This document shows positions 25,376 through 39,535 of a stretch of 64,000 nucleotides of DNA, one piece after another (the first letter of the stretch is position 1; each line of letters starts with the position of its first letter). Source of the stretch: Lama guanicoe. Lineage: Eukaryota. The position numbers and the translations under genes are program-made. Under the pieces are notes generated by a model, which worked only from the letters and a program-made list of their open reading frames with translations, was not told the origin of the DNA and ran no database searches. Location: positions 5,598,399 through 5,662,398 of the forward strand of contig MU053934.1 of the NCBI GenBank assembly GCA_013239625.1, written 5' to 3'.

Positions 25376-28300
25376 CCATCTCTGCCGTTCCTTAGCTGGG
25401 GGATGCCTGCTTCGGCTTCCTCAGCTGTAGGAATGAGAACACCAGGGAGAAAGAGGGAACGTGTGGGGTCATTTCTGTCCATCTCCTACCATGGGCTGCT
25501 CCCCTCTGCTGGGCTCTCTCGGGTCCCCACAGGGTATGTCACAGCCCTGTCCTCCCCGCCACACCACCAAGCAGCCTCTCATTGGAGAGCTTAGGTCTGC
25601 CATGGAGGTGTATTTTGTATCAATAAAAGATTATTGGAGCCTTTCAGAAGTCAGGCCTCAGGGTCCGTTGTTCCAGTGTCACTGCCTGTGACTGCCGGCT
25701 GAGTGGCAGGAGTGCTAAGAATGTACTGGGTGGGACAACCTGGCTGAGTCAAACATGCACAAAAGGCTCAACACAAAGCGCTTGCTGGTCTAATAATGAC
25801 ATGACTCCACGCAAATCCATCTTCCTGGGGCAATTTCCTGCCGTCAGGACGGAACCAGCTCCCTTCTTCTCGGCCTCCTGCTGCTGCACCGCCTTCACGC
25901 TGGGCTTCAACAAAGGGGTGAGCACTCAGCAGTTCTCTTAATCGATGCTGTGACAGGTCCTTGTGCTGACATCCTGGCATCTGTCTGCCTCATTCAGGGT
26001 GGTACAGCATCAACCTGAAATTGCTGGCTGCTTCCGGAATGATCAGTTCTCTTCCAGATCTAAGTCTCAAAGCTTGCATTGATTGTATTCCGTCTAGAAT
26101 GTGCGCGGGTCACCTCAACAGGCAGTCCCCACAGCCCACCCCCTCGCCCCTACGCCCAGCTCCCCAAAAGAAAGGAGAGGGAGAGGCCAACTTGAACTTC
26201 AGATTCTATTGCCCTCTCGCCTGGCAGAAGCTCTCATCGGTCATCAGAGCTTCTCAAATTTTAAGGTGAAAATGTATCACCTGGGGTCTTTTAAAAGTTC
26301 AAATTAAGACTGTAGATTTGGGTGAGGACAGGGAGATTGTGCATTCCTAAGGAGCCCCCAGTGTGATGCCCCAGCTGCCGGTCACAGACTGCACTTTGAA
26401 CAGCCAATGCCACCCGCACGGTCCCCCTCAGCAAGGTCAGTAGACATGCCAGGGACGTGACAGGTCATAGGGCCGAGGTTTGCTCTGGGTGCTCCAGGAG
26501 GAGGGAGGGAGCCCCTGACGGCCTGGGGAGCTAATGGAGCCCTCCCAGGACACATGAGCCAGAGTGAAGGAGGCCACAGGATTTCTGCTTCCAGAAAGAT
26601 TGCACTGGGAGTGGCCCGCTGTGTGGAGAATGGAAAGGAAGGGCCAGGATGAAGGCACAGAAGCCACGAGGAGGCTTTTAAAATAATCAGGACAAGATAA
26701 AGACGCGATCAGGTCTGAAGTAGGACAGAGACGCAGGGCTGGAGAGGAAGGGGAAGGGGAGGAGACCTGTGGGAGGTGAACGGAGGGGCGGGCTCAACTG
26801 GCTGTGGGCAGTGATGCAGGAGGACGCAAACCCATCCCCAGACCCCTACGTCTGCTGGGGCTGGGGACTGAGAAATGGGATTCCTAGGAGGCTGCGGGGT
26901 TGGGGGTGTGACCTCAGGAGAGGAGAGAATGTGCAGGGAGGTGAATGAGGAAGGGGACATGCGTGGTTCACCGCTGAACGGGGTTCCAATGAGAAGCGTT
27001 TGCCTCTCAGTGGGAGGCAGGTGGGAAAGAAAGCAGGAGCAACGTGGGCGGCCCCTGGTGGGCAGGAGCACCCGGGCAGCTTGGCAAGGACTCGGTGTGG
27101 CCTGGTCTGCTCGTTCTTCTCAGAAGCCCCAGGCCCCCAGGGCAGCAGCCTGCAGCCAGACAGAGGGTGTCCAGGGCGCCCATCACAGGTATCAGACCAG
27201 TGGCCTCTGACGGGTGACCCTGGCCTATGCGCTCAGGTCCCCGGTTTAATTACCGATTTTCTCCCCCTGTCATCCGCTTCTTTTTCCTGTCCTTGAGTTG
27301 ACTGGGTTGGATGTTTATCTCATTACTTTTAGCCTTCCCACCCTTCTAATATAAACGTTTACACCCAAACAATTCCCCTGAAGTATGGCTTCTACGGAAT
27401 CTCCTAAGTTTTAATATGAAGCATGCCCCTTGGCATTCAATTCTAAATAATTGCAGTATCCATTATGATTTCTTCTTTGACCCATGGGCCACTGAGAGAG
27501 GTGTTTAAAAAAGTCGCAAGTACATGTTTTTAAAATTGATCTCTTGCTTATTCATTTTTAACTCATTTGACTGGTGGACAGAGAATCTGGTCTGTATAAC
27601 ACCGACTCACTGTAATTGGTTGAGACTAACTTTCGATCTTGTATGTAGTTAATTCTTGAGGCTGTTCCATATGTGGTTGAAAGAATGCATATTCCCTAAT
27701 CGGGGCATAATCCTTAACTTGAATGCAATGTTCTTCACATTCACTCATGTGCTCAACGCATCACTGAGTGCTTGCTTTGTACCAAGCACTACTGTAGGTA
27801 AGGGGGATGTAACAATACAAAACAAACAAGATTCCCAAGACTTTCACTCCAGGAGGCTGAGGCAGGCAATGAACGAAATAACTAAGTAAAGTATAATAAA
27901 AACTGTACAAGTTTATATAGTGCTTACTATGTGCCAGGCATTGTTCTAAATTCTATGTTTACATGGATTCATTAATTCTCATAATAATTCATGAGATAGG
28001 GACTATTATTGTTCCCACATTAGGGTTGTGATAATGAGATTCAGAAAGATTAAATGCTTTGATCAAGGTTATATAACTAATAAGTGGCAGGGCTGGGACT
28101 CAAACCTATTCAGATACTGGAATATGTAAAATAACCTTATATAAAATTTTAGAAAAGAGACAGAATAAAGATGAGCAAGAGACTATTGAAAAGTGAGCCA
28201 GCAAATTAAAAAAAAAAGAACTAACTAGAACTTTTAAAAATTAAAAAAATTATGGACAGGTTAAGCAGGAGGTTATAGACAATTTGAAGAGAAAACGAGT

Positions 28301-31087
28301 AAATTGGATGTGAGGCTATCACACAGTATACAACACAGAGAGACAACGAGATGGAAAATGTCAGAGAATAACCTGATAGTGGGATAGTCTAATGTTTGTC
28401 TGCTTGGGGCCCAAGAAGAGAAGATGGAAGAGAACAGAAGACAGGAACTATCTGAAGAGATAAAAGCTGAGAATTTACAGAAAAACGCACATAAACAGAT
28501 CTGTGCAAATGTTTCCATGGATACTCCCCGTAGCTCTCTGACGGTCCATGGAGCCCAGGTTAAGGACTCTGTGTAAGAAGCACTGCTAATTGCCTGTTCA
28601 CATTCTAATCTCTTTTCCCTGTTAATGACCCCAGGCTTATTCGGGGTAGCATCTACCTTGCACCTTGGGATGGCGATGGCATTAGCTATGGACAATGGCA
28701 TAAAAGCTTGTGGAAAAGGGATAAAATCAGCTACATCTTTCTTTTACCTTTTGCCCTTAACTATCCTGCTTAGAACTTGAATGCAATGCTTGGAGGTTCA
28801 GCAGCCATCTTATGACCACGTGGAGAGAAGCTCATGATAAAGATAGTCAAATAAATAGGAAGCCTAAATGACAATCATAGACTGACTACTTCCAGAGTTG
28901 GTATATAAGAAAAATAACTCCCTTTTGGCAAAGTCACCGTGGTTAGGTTTCTACTATGTGCAGCCAAACACAAGCTGCACCGACCCCACCCATCTCCCAT
29001 CTCCCCACACCACCGGACAGTCTGCAGGCCAGGGAGAGGCAGAAAGTAAGAGATCAGAAATCATTTATGTTCACTTTTGACCTCAGCCTTTCCAGAAATG
29101 GTGACCACATCCTGTTCCAAGACACCACACCACCAGTCCAAGGAAAAGGCAAGAATAGTGAGAAAAGAATTTAAGCAGGAGTTTTGACCCTGCTCACTGC
29201 AATCCACCTGTTTTCAGAATTATATTATTTTAGGAAAATGTTATCTGACTGTCCTGCATGCCTCCTGCCTCTTTAACGTCACCCAAACCACGCGCACAGG
29301 CTGAGGGATGACACTGGGACTGTTACAGGCCTGTACTTCTTTCTCCCTAACGTGGGATCTTTGGTTTCCTCTTCTTCACATCCTCATTTGCATCCTCCCT
29401 CTTTCCCTCACGCTCTCGCACCATTTAACTCCACCATGAGGATGCTTCTCAGTCCAGGTGAAGGTATGGCTGGCCTCTGGCTCTGAGGTTTCCGGTGAGA
29501 ATAGGACAAGGTGTCATCCCAAAGCTTCACTGCTGCACCGTGGCAGCGTACCCAGTCGCGGCCAGCCAGGTCAAGGTCAGAAGTCAGAATTTACCAACGT
29601 CACAGAGCCATTAAAAGGCCTTTTTCAAAACGAGTAATTCACCGGTTATACTGAAAACCAGCCTCCAGGTGTCGTATCACAGTGCACCAAGTTAGGTCTT
29701 CATTTTCAAACACAGCTTTGGTACAATGGCACCAGTTGGGTTTCGGTTTTGTTTTTTGTATGACACAGTAGCAATCTTTTTTTTCTCACTTGCTTCAGTA
29801 ATTGCCCATGAAGGTCTTCGGGGAGAGCCACAGATAAGCCTCCCTCTTTTAGGAAGTCTGATGTTGTCTAAATCAAGGCTTCCGGCCGTGCCGAGGTGTA
29901 CCATTGAAGGCTCTTGGTTTTGCATATATGGTAAAGGAATTGGCTTGGGAAGCAGCCCTTTTTTTCCTTCTCTCCTTTCTCATTTATATGAAGGAAAGAC
30001 AGTGAAAGGAAAAGAACATAGTCCAATCTTAAGACGAGCAGTCCCTGTAGATGGGCAGAGAATTAGGGACACTCCGCTGCTAATGCAGCGTGGGAGGAGA
30101 GCTTGGAAGTCCAGTGGTCCTAGGAAATGAAACACTTTCTGAAATTGCCAGTGTCTGGAGGAAGAACAATCATGAAAGCCGCTGTGCCGTTCTGAGCTAA
30201 ATGATTTTTAAGATAAGGCCTACTTTTAAATTCCCTTGAAGAAAGAGAGACAATGATTGCTTTGGAAACAAATGCTGACTTTAAAATTTGGAAAATAGGG
30301 TAGTCAGAAGGCTCCTTAAACCTAGCAACCCTTCCTTCTCCCATCATCTGCCCCCACCACAAACCAAACAAACGTACAAGTACATGCCGAAAACAAGTCA
30401 GTTATTCTGAAAATCAATTAAATTATTTATACCCTGTGAAATAAGCATTTCAAAGGGAAATCTGGAGAGGCAGAGCCAATTAGAAGTCATGGTGCTGAAC
30501 AGCTTATTAGTTAAATCAGGCTCTTCGTCTTTCTGTTTCACTAATGGTGTGGACTTTTGAATCTTCTAATCATTAACTATGGCTACTTAGTAAGATCCCA
30601 TTGGGTTTGGTTAGTTTATACTTTTCTGAATGACATTTTCCTTATTTTGATGGCCTAGAAGCATAATGAGGTGAATGAATCACAAGAAATAATAATTTTA
30701 AAAATCTAGGCAAGGAACAAAACTGGGCTCATTATCATGAAAAATTAGCATTCTGATGAGGGAAGGAAATTACCCTAGAGCAGGGGAGAAAACATCATAA
30801 CCACCACTTACGTGCACTGCTTCCTGCATGCCAGGCACTTACATGTACTCACTCATTTAGTCCTAGTAGAAACGTTATATGGAAGAGGAAACTGCGGCAC
30901 AGAGAGGCTAAGTAATTTGCTGAAAGTCACACAGCAAGGAAGTGACCTAGTTGGTATGTAACTGAGGCAGCCTGGCTCAAGCCTGGACTATCTCAACCCC
31001 TTTAAGGAAGGGGGAATGGGAAAGGCATGGAAAGAAGTTAAATGTATGAAAGAAAAGGACGTTAATATTTCTAAATGCACATTGATC

Positions 31088-31480
31088 AGTGTACTTGTTT
31101 CCTGCAGTTGCTATAACAAATGACCATAGACTTGGTAGTTTAAAACAACTGATATTTATTCTCCTGTGGTTCTGGAGGCCAGAGTCCAAAATCAGGGTGC
31201 TGGCAGGGCTGTGCTCTCTCTGGGGAGACTTGCCTCTTCGGCTTCTGGCAGCTCCAGGTGCACCCTGGCTGCACAACTCCAATCTCTGTATCCATCTTTC
31301 TGTGTCTCTCCTCTGTGTGTCTCTTATAATGACACACGTCACTGGATTTAAGACCTGCCTGGATAACCCTTTAACTCAATTACATCTGCAAAGACCCTTT
31401 TCCCAAATAAGGTCACATTCACAGATTCCAGGGGTTTAGCTGTGGACCTATCATTTGCAGGACCACCATTCAACCTGCTA
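31088..31480 (-). mobile_element. MaLR (MLT1) LTR
   Basis: ggttctggaggccagagtccaaaatcagggtgctggcagggc and cccaaataaggtcacattc. Confidence 0.8.
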
Positions 31481-32899
31481 TGATCAATTAGGACTTAATG
31501 ATGTTGCAAGAAACAGAAAACTCATCTCGAGCTGTCTGAACTAACAAAGCAGGTCTATTGTCTCCCTTAGACGAATGGTCCAGGGCAGCTCTGGCTCCAG
31601 GTGAGGCGTGAGGACTGGCTCCACTCCCAGGCAGGCTCTTCCCTTACGGTCTGAAGGGCTGTCAGCTGCTCCTGGGCTCACGTGTTTCCTTGTTCAAGAC
31701 CACATGGAGGAGAGAAACTTTTCCTTCCAGAACCCCCCACCCATGTTTCTCTGTCTCCCATCAGCTCTGATGAAGTAGACATATTCCTGTGACTAGAGTG
31801 GGGTGGGGGGCGGTATTGGATGTCACATGGCAAAGAGTGAGGGGTCCCCAGTTTAAAATCAAGGTACCATTGGGAAAAGACCCACCATAGGCTTTTGGTC
31901 CTTCCTTTACCTTTTTGGGAGGAGAGTGGCTTCTTTCATTTTGCAGATGTTGAAATGGAGGGTCAGGAATATGGACTAACTTGGTTGAAGTTACTCACAC
32001 GTAAATGGAGCAGAACCAGGCTGGAAACTGAGGCCTGTTGATTCCACAGCCTTCCTCCTGCCAGCGGCCAGGCGCAGGGCCAGTCTCCCCCTGTCCGCCA
32101 GCAAGCCCAGTGCTCTCCTGGGAGCCACGCCGTGGTGGACAGGTGTGCGCCTGCTGAAAATGAAATAAAAAGTGTTCAGGGAAGTGACGCCATCCAGACA
32201 GCTCTCTAGAGAACTAGTGAAAGGGTCTGAGATACAGGAGAACCCCAACACCAAAACGAAGTCCTACCTTACTTTATGCTCACTTTAACGACCGTTGATA
32301 CTTTCGTTTCAAAACTCAGGGTTTCCCGATGTTCTAGCAAACTTGGTTGAAAAGCGATATTCACTGTATTAATTTCTGCTTTCCCCATTGTATCAGTGAC
32401 AAAATGAATTCTCTTTGGGACCACTGGACCCCAGCTCCCTTGTCATCTGCCCCAACAGAGGCAAGTCAGGAATTGTGGGCTGCTGGGCGAGGGAGGTGAA
32501 GGCTGGGTCCAGCCCCAGAGAGGGCGGAGTTTGCCAGCACCAAGAAGTTATGATTTTTATAAAATTACACAACCTATTATCATAAAAGGAGCTTTAAAGG
32601 TTTTCCAGTTCACCTCCTTACTTAATGCAGGGCCCCCTTTTCTTCAGGGCAGAGACCAAGTTATTCCTTTTTGTACTGTGAGCACTACACAGGGTCTGGT
32701 CCTAGCATAGGTGCTCAGTCAATGTCTGTCAAATGAATGAACAGATGAAGAAAGAGACCTTTTCGAGTGCAAACAAAACCAATCAGGTTCTTAGGGACTG
32801 AGTCATCTGCTTCACATTTATCAAGCTCATACCTAAACTTATAAGAAATTACTATATAAAGCAGAATACAGGAAGCAGAAAGCATATATTCCTTTGCAC

Positions 32900-33260
32900 C
32901 AGGGAAGGAAATTCTAACATATGCTACAACATGGATGGAACTTGAGGACATGATGCTAAGTGAAATAAGCCAGTCACAAAAAGATAATACTGTATGATTT
33001 CACGCATAGGAAGTACCTAGAGGAGTCAAATTCATAGAGACAGAAAGTAGATGGTGGTTGGCCTGGGCCTGGGGGAGAAACGGGGAGCTGGTGTTTAATG
33101 GGTATAGGTTTCGGTTTTACAAGATGGCAAGAGTTATGGAGATGAATGGTGCTGATGATTGCACAATATTATGAATGTATTTAATATCACTGAACTGTAT
33201 ACTTAAAATTATGAAAATGGCAGATTTTATGTTATGTATATTTTACAATTAAAAAAAATG
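32900..33260 (+). mobile_element. L1MA-type 3' end
   Basis: atggatggaacttgaggacatgatgctaagtgaaataagccag followed by an A tail. Confidence 0.85.
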
Positions 33261-34014
33261 GGAAAAACAATTTTTTGTGTAAGTTCTCTTTCTGAGCCAA
33301 AGCCTGAAGGTTGTGAGCCTTCAGCAGACTCCATAGTTTCAAAATAGTTACACCAGACAGACGTGCCAGTGCAACTGTTGTCTGGGTGGGGAGACATTCC
33401 TGGTGCTTCCTGCTCCGCCATCTTCCCCAGATCCTCCCACAAGAATTTTATAAACCAAAATATTACAACAATTTTTCCGGCCTCTTCCTCAAAGCTGCCA
33501 AATTTCATCACTTGTTCGGAACAATACTTAACATGGATGATTCAGCTTCTGATGGGTGAATTTCAACATGGAAAAGAATAACCATTTATAATGTCCAATT
33601 GTACAATTCCTCCCCTCCACATTTTTATTCTCCATATTGGAACCCGAATGACTCTTTTACGCATAAATCGGATCCTGAAAGGATATTGATTACTTATGCC
33701 ATCATAAAAATCGAGGCACAGTGCAAAGACATTATTTCCCTTTTCACTGCTGTCCTTTCGATATATAAAGAGTGAGACAAGACCAGGTCCCCATCCTGCC
33801 TATTATGATTACTTCTCCACCGGGTGACCTTGGTTAGGAAACTTGGCTTCTCTGAGCCTTAGTTTTCTCAATCATGAAATGAAACTGTAATTTTGATAAC
33901 CTTCTAGAGTGCTTTCAAGTCTAAAAGCTTAAGATCTGATGGCTTTGGTCAAAAGTCCCCAATTTTCCAAGTTCTAATTCTTGTGGTTCCAGTATAAGTC
34001 CTCATGTAAGGCCA

Positions 34015-34422
34015 AGTGTTTGAGTCCAGGTTTCCAGAGAAACAGAATCAAAAGGATGTATTTATACAGAGGGGTTTATTTTAAGAAATTGGCTCACACG
34101 ATTCTGGGGACTGGCAAGTTGGAAATCTGCAGGAAAGGTTGGCTGGCTGGGAATTCTGACGGGAGTCAGGCCTGAGTCCTAAGGCGGTTCTGGAGGCCGG
34201 ATTCCCTCCTCCTCTGGGGACCTCAGTCTTTTCTCCCAAAGTCTTCAGATGGCTGGATGAGGCCCACACACATTACAGAGGGTGATCTGCTTTTCTCCAA
34301 GTCTACTGATACAAACGTTAATCACCTCTGAAAAATATCTCGCCAGCAACATCTAGACTGGTGTTTGACCAAACAGCTGGGTGCCCTAGCCTAGCCATGC
34401 TGACATAAAATTAACCACCACA
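34015..34422. mobile_element. MLT2-type (ERVL) LTR
   Basis: ccagagaaacagaatcaaaaggatg...taaaattaaccaccaca. Confidence 0.75.
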
Positions 34423-37400
34423 TCGATGTGACCCTCAAGTCGAATCCCTGTTCTCATCTTTCACTGCTCGAGAAGACCCTGCCCTTGCCCTCAGGGTCTC
34501 TCAGTCCAGCTGGGAAAAGGCTCCCATGTGCTCCTGCCGTGGAAGCGAGGTGCCCATCAGACAGGAAGGGAGCCCACAAGGGACCATGGAAACGTACAGC
34601 CTTCTCCTCTGCTCTCCCCTTTGTGTTCCCCCTCCCCCAGGAAATGAGGAAAACGACTCTCTGGTTAATAGATTAGATTCTTGTGAGTTTGCTTTGTGTG
34701 AATCACGTGAGTCAGTCCTCAGGGGTCTGATTAATTTTGTGCTAAGTACAGTGCTAAACATAGTATGTAGTCAAAAACCAGTGATCTGGACAAGCAAACC
34801 AACAATTTAATGCAGGGTTCTGAGAAAACAGGTTCAGGGTGGGCACAATGTCAGGAAGGTGACCTTTGAATTGAATTCGGAAGATCAGATGGAGAGTTGT
34901 CCAAGTGGAAAGGCAGGGGACCAGCAGGTGTAAGAGCAGGGCTGTGGAGCATAGGCCTGGAAGGCCAGACCAAGGCTGCGTGTCCCCACCGCATTCTGTG
35001 ACGCCCCAGACAACCCCTTTGTAGCCACTCACTCCACGTCTGTGTTCCCCACTGAATCAGGAAGCCCAGAGAGAGGCCAGGTCCCATTTATTTCTGTTTT
35101 CCCAGCACTTAGCACACGCCTGTTACGCTGTTATAATACTTAACACATGCTGATCAAGTTACACTGGGTCCCCGTTCAGGTCTGGCGGCAGTGGGGGGTT
35201 CACCCCAACCCCTTCCAGCCTTTTGGCAAATCCTTGCAGTTCACAAGGAGGACTGGGCAAGAGAGACGGAGACAGACCACCACAGCTGCTCCCTCTTCAC
35301 TGTGAGAATCAAAGTGTATGTTCTACTGTTGGTGCAAAAGAACCTGAAAACAGGCTTTGCAGATGTGGATGTTACAAAAGGGTTCACACTCATCTAAAAG
35401 GCATTCATTCAATGAATGTTTTTTGACAAATAAATAACCATATCCCCTTTCCCGCTAGGTGAGGGTGCTGTGCTCCGCACCATAGATCATCTTGGCACAA
35501 GGGTATTAAAACATTGCGATTCTCTGTGTACGATCTTCTTTAGTCTTACATCTCATATTATAAAAGGACAAAAGATGCAGCGAAAGCCAAGGGAATCAGC
35601 TCTCAGTAAATCCCACCAATGTCCCCAGGGGATTTAGAACCACAGCAAAGAAGAGAGAAATCAACAGAGTCAGCCCTGCCGCTGCCTCATGCGCACCGTG
35701 GGCCCAGAGGAGTTTTGAGTTACCATAGCTACAAGCCTGTTTCCTAGGGCACACACCACACAGTAGGTGCCCTAAAAAGGCCTTGCTAGTCATAGGAGAC
35801 GTAGATCTTTGCCTAAATAGAGATGTTTTCCCTCGGAACTTATAATTAATGAACGTGACAGAAGAAGAGCCAATAAAAATAATGGGTCTGCTTCCCTTGG
35901 ATGGAAATAACAGGCTAGTCCATTGCGAGAGCCAAGAGGAAACACAAAGCCGGACACTGCAATTATCTGTTCATTGTGATACATCTCCAGCTATCGGACA
36001 CTGCAGGCTTCCAGAAGGCACATGCAGGAGAGTGAAAAAACAAAACCCTTTCAGATGGGGACTCAGAGCAGCAAGTCTATGTTACTCCATCTAATAATAA
36101 GAACGCATACCCCTATGAGGGCTTTTCATTTCTGCTACACTTTCTTGCATATTTATGTGTTTAACCTAATTCTCTAGCATCCTTCCAAGGCTGTTATGTA
36201 CAAAACCCGTTCCCATTTACAGAAGAGAAAGACCAGGCTTCAACAATGTCATGTGATTTGCCAGAAGCCACCTAGAAAATCAGTGAAAGAACTAAGGAAG
36301 CAGCAAGGACTTGAACCCAGGTCTCCTGAGCCTGCATCCAGTGTGCTTGCTACTGTACCCAGTGACAATTTAAAAAAAAACTCACTTTTCTGTCTGAGTC
36401 CATGGGAAAGCAGCTTAGATGGGAATGATTTTCTGGGAGCAAATATGATTTTCTGGGAGCCCACATAAAGGTCCACATGAGAGGTTTTTACAAACTGGGG
36501 TCTCAGGGCCCTAGGAGAGCTCTGTAGCATATTTATCAAGAGGAATCAGGCTTTTGGCATTTTTGAGGGAAAAAAATTAATGATACGCTAAGTTTATGAG
36601 AGAATTTTTTTTCCTTGAATCTATTTCCTTTCCTTCCAAAATAAATTAAATTCTAATATTCATACTGAAGCAACAACACATTTGTTCCTAACTGCAACAG
36701 AGGACTTCATCTAAAGGCATAAAAGCTATTAAATCACAGTAGAGGCATACAGAATAAAAATATTACAGTCTCCCAATCTCACTCCAGGACCTCCAACCAC
36801 GGCTGAGAAAAACAGCCAACATTTATGTAACACTTAGGTTTTGCCAGGCATTTCCATGCAGTTTACATACATTAACTCAGTCAATCCTCCCAAACACCCG
36901 AGGAAGAAGCAGCTACATCATCTTGACTTTGCAGATGGGAACACTAAGGCAAAACAGCTTTCCCGAGGTCACACAGCCAGTGCGTGGTGGAGCTGAGACT
37001 GGAGCCTGAGCAGTCTTGGGGCCAGCTGGGGTCTCAACCATGAGACCAAGTCTGAGATGCCCTTGACTCTTCTTCCTGAGGGGAGCAGTTTGGACAGAAG
37101 ACTTCTGGGTCTTCTCCCCACCCCGCTCTGATTCCTAACTGGTGAGAGGTGGAGGTCCCTCCAGCACTCATGGGTTTACATGAACAATGGGGTGGACCAT
37201 TAAAAATTACATTTACCAAACCCTGTCATACATGGGGAACTAGGTATAATCTGGTGCAGAGTGACAAAATAGTACCCCAAACTGCGCATTGCACTATGAC
37301 TTAAAACTGTAATTACGTACATCTCAATCCTGGCTTTATATACACACACCAGCAAATAAATGAGAAGTACCCTAAGTGTTAACAGTGGTTGTTCTGGGGG

Positions 37401-37789
37401 TAGTAGAACGCTTCATCCATTTATCTAATTGGTTCCAGTTTTCTTCAGTGAGGAAATCTGTATAATGAAGGTATGAAATTTTAAATCACGTCACAATTGG
37501 GAGTAATACAGGCAAAATTTGCCTGGGTGAAAAGGGAATGGATTAGAAAAAATTTTCAAAGTTCAGGTTGCTGTTAACAGGATTGGTTGTAGAACCTGGC
37601 ATTCAGTGGGTGGGTTAGCTCGGGAAGAAAGCACGATAAGGGGGATGTGATGGTTGCACACAAGCTGATTGTCGCTCAGTGGGTGGTGATGCCAGGTGTC
37701 GGGACTGTGCGGACCACAGTCCCATGTGAGCCACGGAACCCCAGCCTTCTTCTCTGCTCGGAGTTACACACGCCGAGGGAGGTCACCAA

Positions 37790-38000
37790 CAGCACACCTG
37801 TGTCTCTCATGGCTGAGTCCGAGTTTTCCTTCTCAACTTTCTGCCCATTTGGCTGGAGCGGAGGGACGGGAAGAGGAAGAACACGGGACATCGTCTATGC
37901 TCTGCAGCTGGTCCGGTCCTGCTGATCACGACTCCTGACAGTGCACAGATGTCCTCTCGCAACTGCTGCTATTTTTTCCCCCTCAGAATAAGCTCATTGT
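37790..38000 (+). pseudogene. Possible PKD1-like exon 1 remnant (signal peptide/LRRNT region)
   Basis: CpG-rich unique sequence. LAGAEGR (37849-37869) vs PKD1 LAGGPGR, followed by LC, a Cys, and after a frameshift LRI (37982-37990) vs PKD1 LRI. Confidence 0.4.
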
Positions 38001-38590
38001 TCATGCAAGGGACAGGCTTAAACTCGGGAACATTAAACTCCCAAACTGAGAGCTGCTGTGTGGGAATATGCAGTGAAACACAGGATACAGTCTCTGTTCT
38101 CACGGAGTTTACAATTTAGCTGCACCGATGAGATATTTACATTTGAAGAAATTACAATATAGGAAAGATTATAGACACTACTTTTACATTAACATAAATG
38201 ATCTTGTATTGCTGGTCATTTTCCAAAATAAATTGTAAGCTTCTTGGGGGCAAGAGTTGCCCTGTATTTCTTCATATACCTCACAGTGTCTCCACAATGC
38301 CTGGAATACAGCCATGCTCTATATTTGGTAAATGTTTTGGACTGGAAATTATAGGTCACCCTTAAATCTGTACCCCTGTTGCCTACTTAGCCAGCAGGTG
38401 CATTTATCCTAAGTAAGATAAGGTGCTTCCTCTCTGAAGATAATATAGTCAAGATGACCTAGCTTTGACCTGGCTACTAGAGGACTAAGAGAGAAAAACA
38501 GATTTTCACTATTCTTTGGAAAACAAGAACTTAAACTCCGGAGAGACGTGATTGAAGTTAAAAGGGCAGTGCATTCCACAAGGCTCTTCT

Positions 38591-38650
38591 AACCTAAAAT
38601 TTCAGGATTTCATCTCCTTAGAAAGGGATATATTTTTTAAAGTGCTTTGA
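38591..38650 (+). pseudogene. PKD1-like LRR remnant
   Basis: NLKFQDFISLERDIFFKVL* vs PKD1 DISNNKISTLEEGIFANLF, ungapped. Confidence 0.6.
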
Positions 38651-38803
38651 AATTCTTCAATAAAAAAAGGCTGGATGAACATTATGTAGGAAATAAGGAA
38701 TCAAAAACACTGGATAAAAAAAAAGGATGACTACGTAGGAAATAAACGGATTTAAATTCATAGAAGGGTACTGTCAGGTTATATATCAAACTGTTGATGG
38801 TAA

Positions 38804-38880
38804 TTATTTCTGGGTGGACGGCAGGTCAAAGATGTACATTTGTATTGTTTGAAGCCTGTAAAACCAGAATGTATTCTTGT
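38804..38880 (+). pseudogene. Additional LRR-like exon remnant
   Basis: LFLGGRQVKDVHLY/FEACK (one frameshift) fits the LxLxxNxIxxIxxxxF consensus. A GTAAGT donor follows at 38881. Confidence 0.5.
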
Positions 38881-39319
38881 GTAAGTTCTGCCAACTAAGA
38901 AGGATGCAGAGGAGAAGGGAAGGAGGCCACCATCATCTGTAAGGAAGTTTGGGAAATGCATCACAAGTCAACGATACAGGGGTTTTGTCACTAATGAAGA
39001 AAGAGAAAGTGGCGTTAATAAGCATCTGAGCAGTCTGCTGCAGGGAAGGGGAAACACACGCAGTGAAAGGGACTCCCAGACAGCACAATGTAGTGGGAGG
39101 TCAGGTGACAGAAGAAGCGATGTTTAGAAAGTCAGGGAGGGCCCAGCTGATAAAGGGCTTTGGGTTTCTCACCCAGTCCAAGTCCCTGGTACCTGGTGAC
39201 CAGCCGCCTTACACTTAAGCCTAAGAGATCCTGACCCTATGGCCTCTGATAAGGTTTGGGATTGGCTTTTTTTTAAAGCTCCGCAGGTGAATCTAATTTA
39301 GAGATTGGCTTGCTCTGGG

Positions 39320-39535
39320 CTGGAGGTTCTCAACGGATGGTTTCTACTTCAGGGAACAGTTGGCAACATATGGCTATGTTTTTGACGGTCACTGGGGGTG
39401 GGTACTACCGACAGGTGGCAGGGACTGCAGCTAGAGGTATTGCTAACACCTTACAACGCACAAGACAGGCCTCCACCACAAAGAATTATCCAGTTCAAAT
39501 GTCAATGGTGTCATTGCTGAAAAACCCTGCTCTAG
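39320..39535. mobile_element. MER20-like hAT DNA transposon
   Basis: ggttctcaac...ccacaaagaattatccagttcaaatgtcaat...gaaaaaccctg. Confidence 0.7.

Noticed and set aside
1..37000. MCHR1 coding sequence
   Set aside because: Expected nearby by synteny, but no GPCR-like frame was seen; it presumably lies left of the window.
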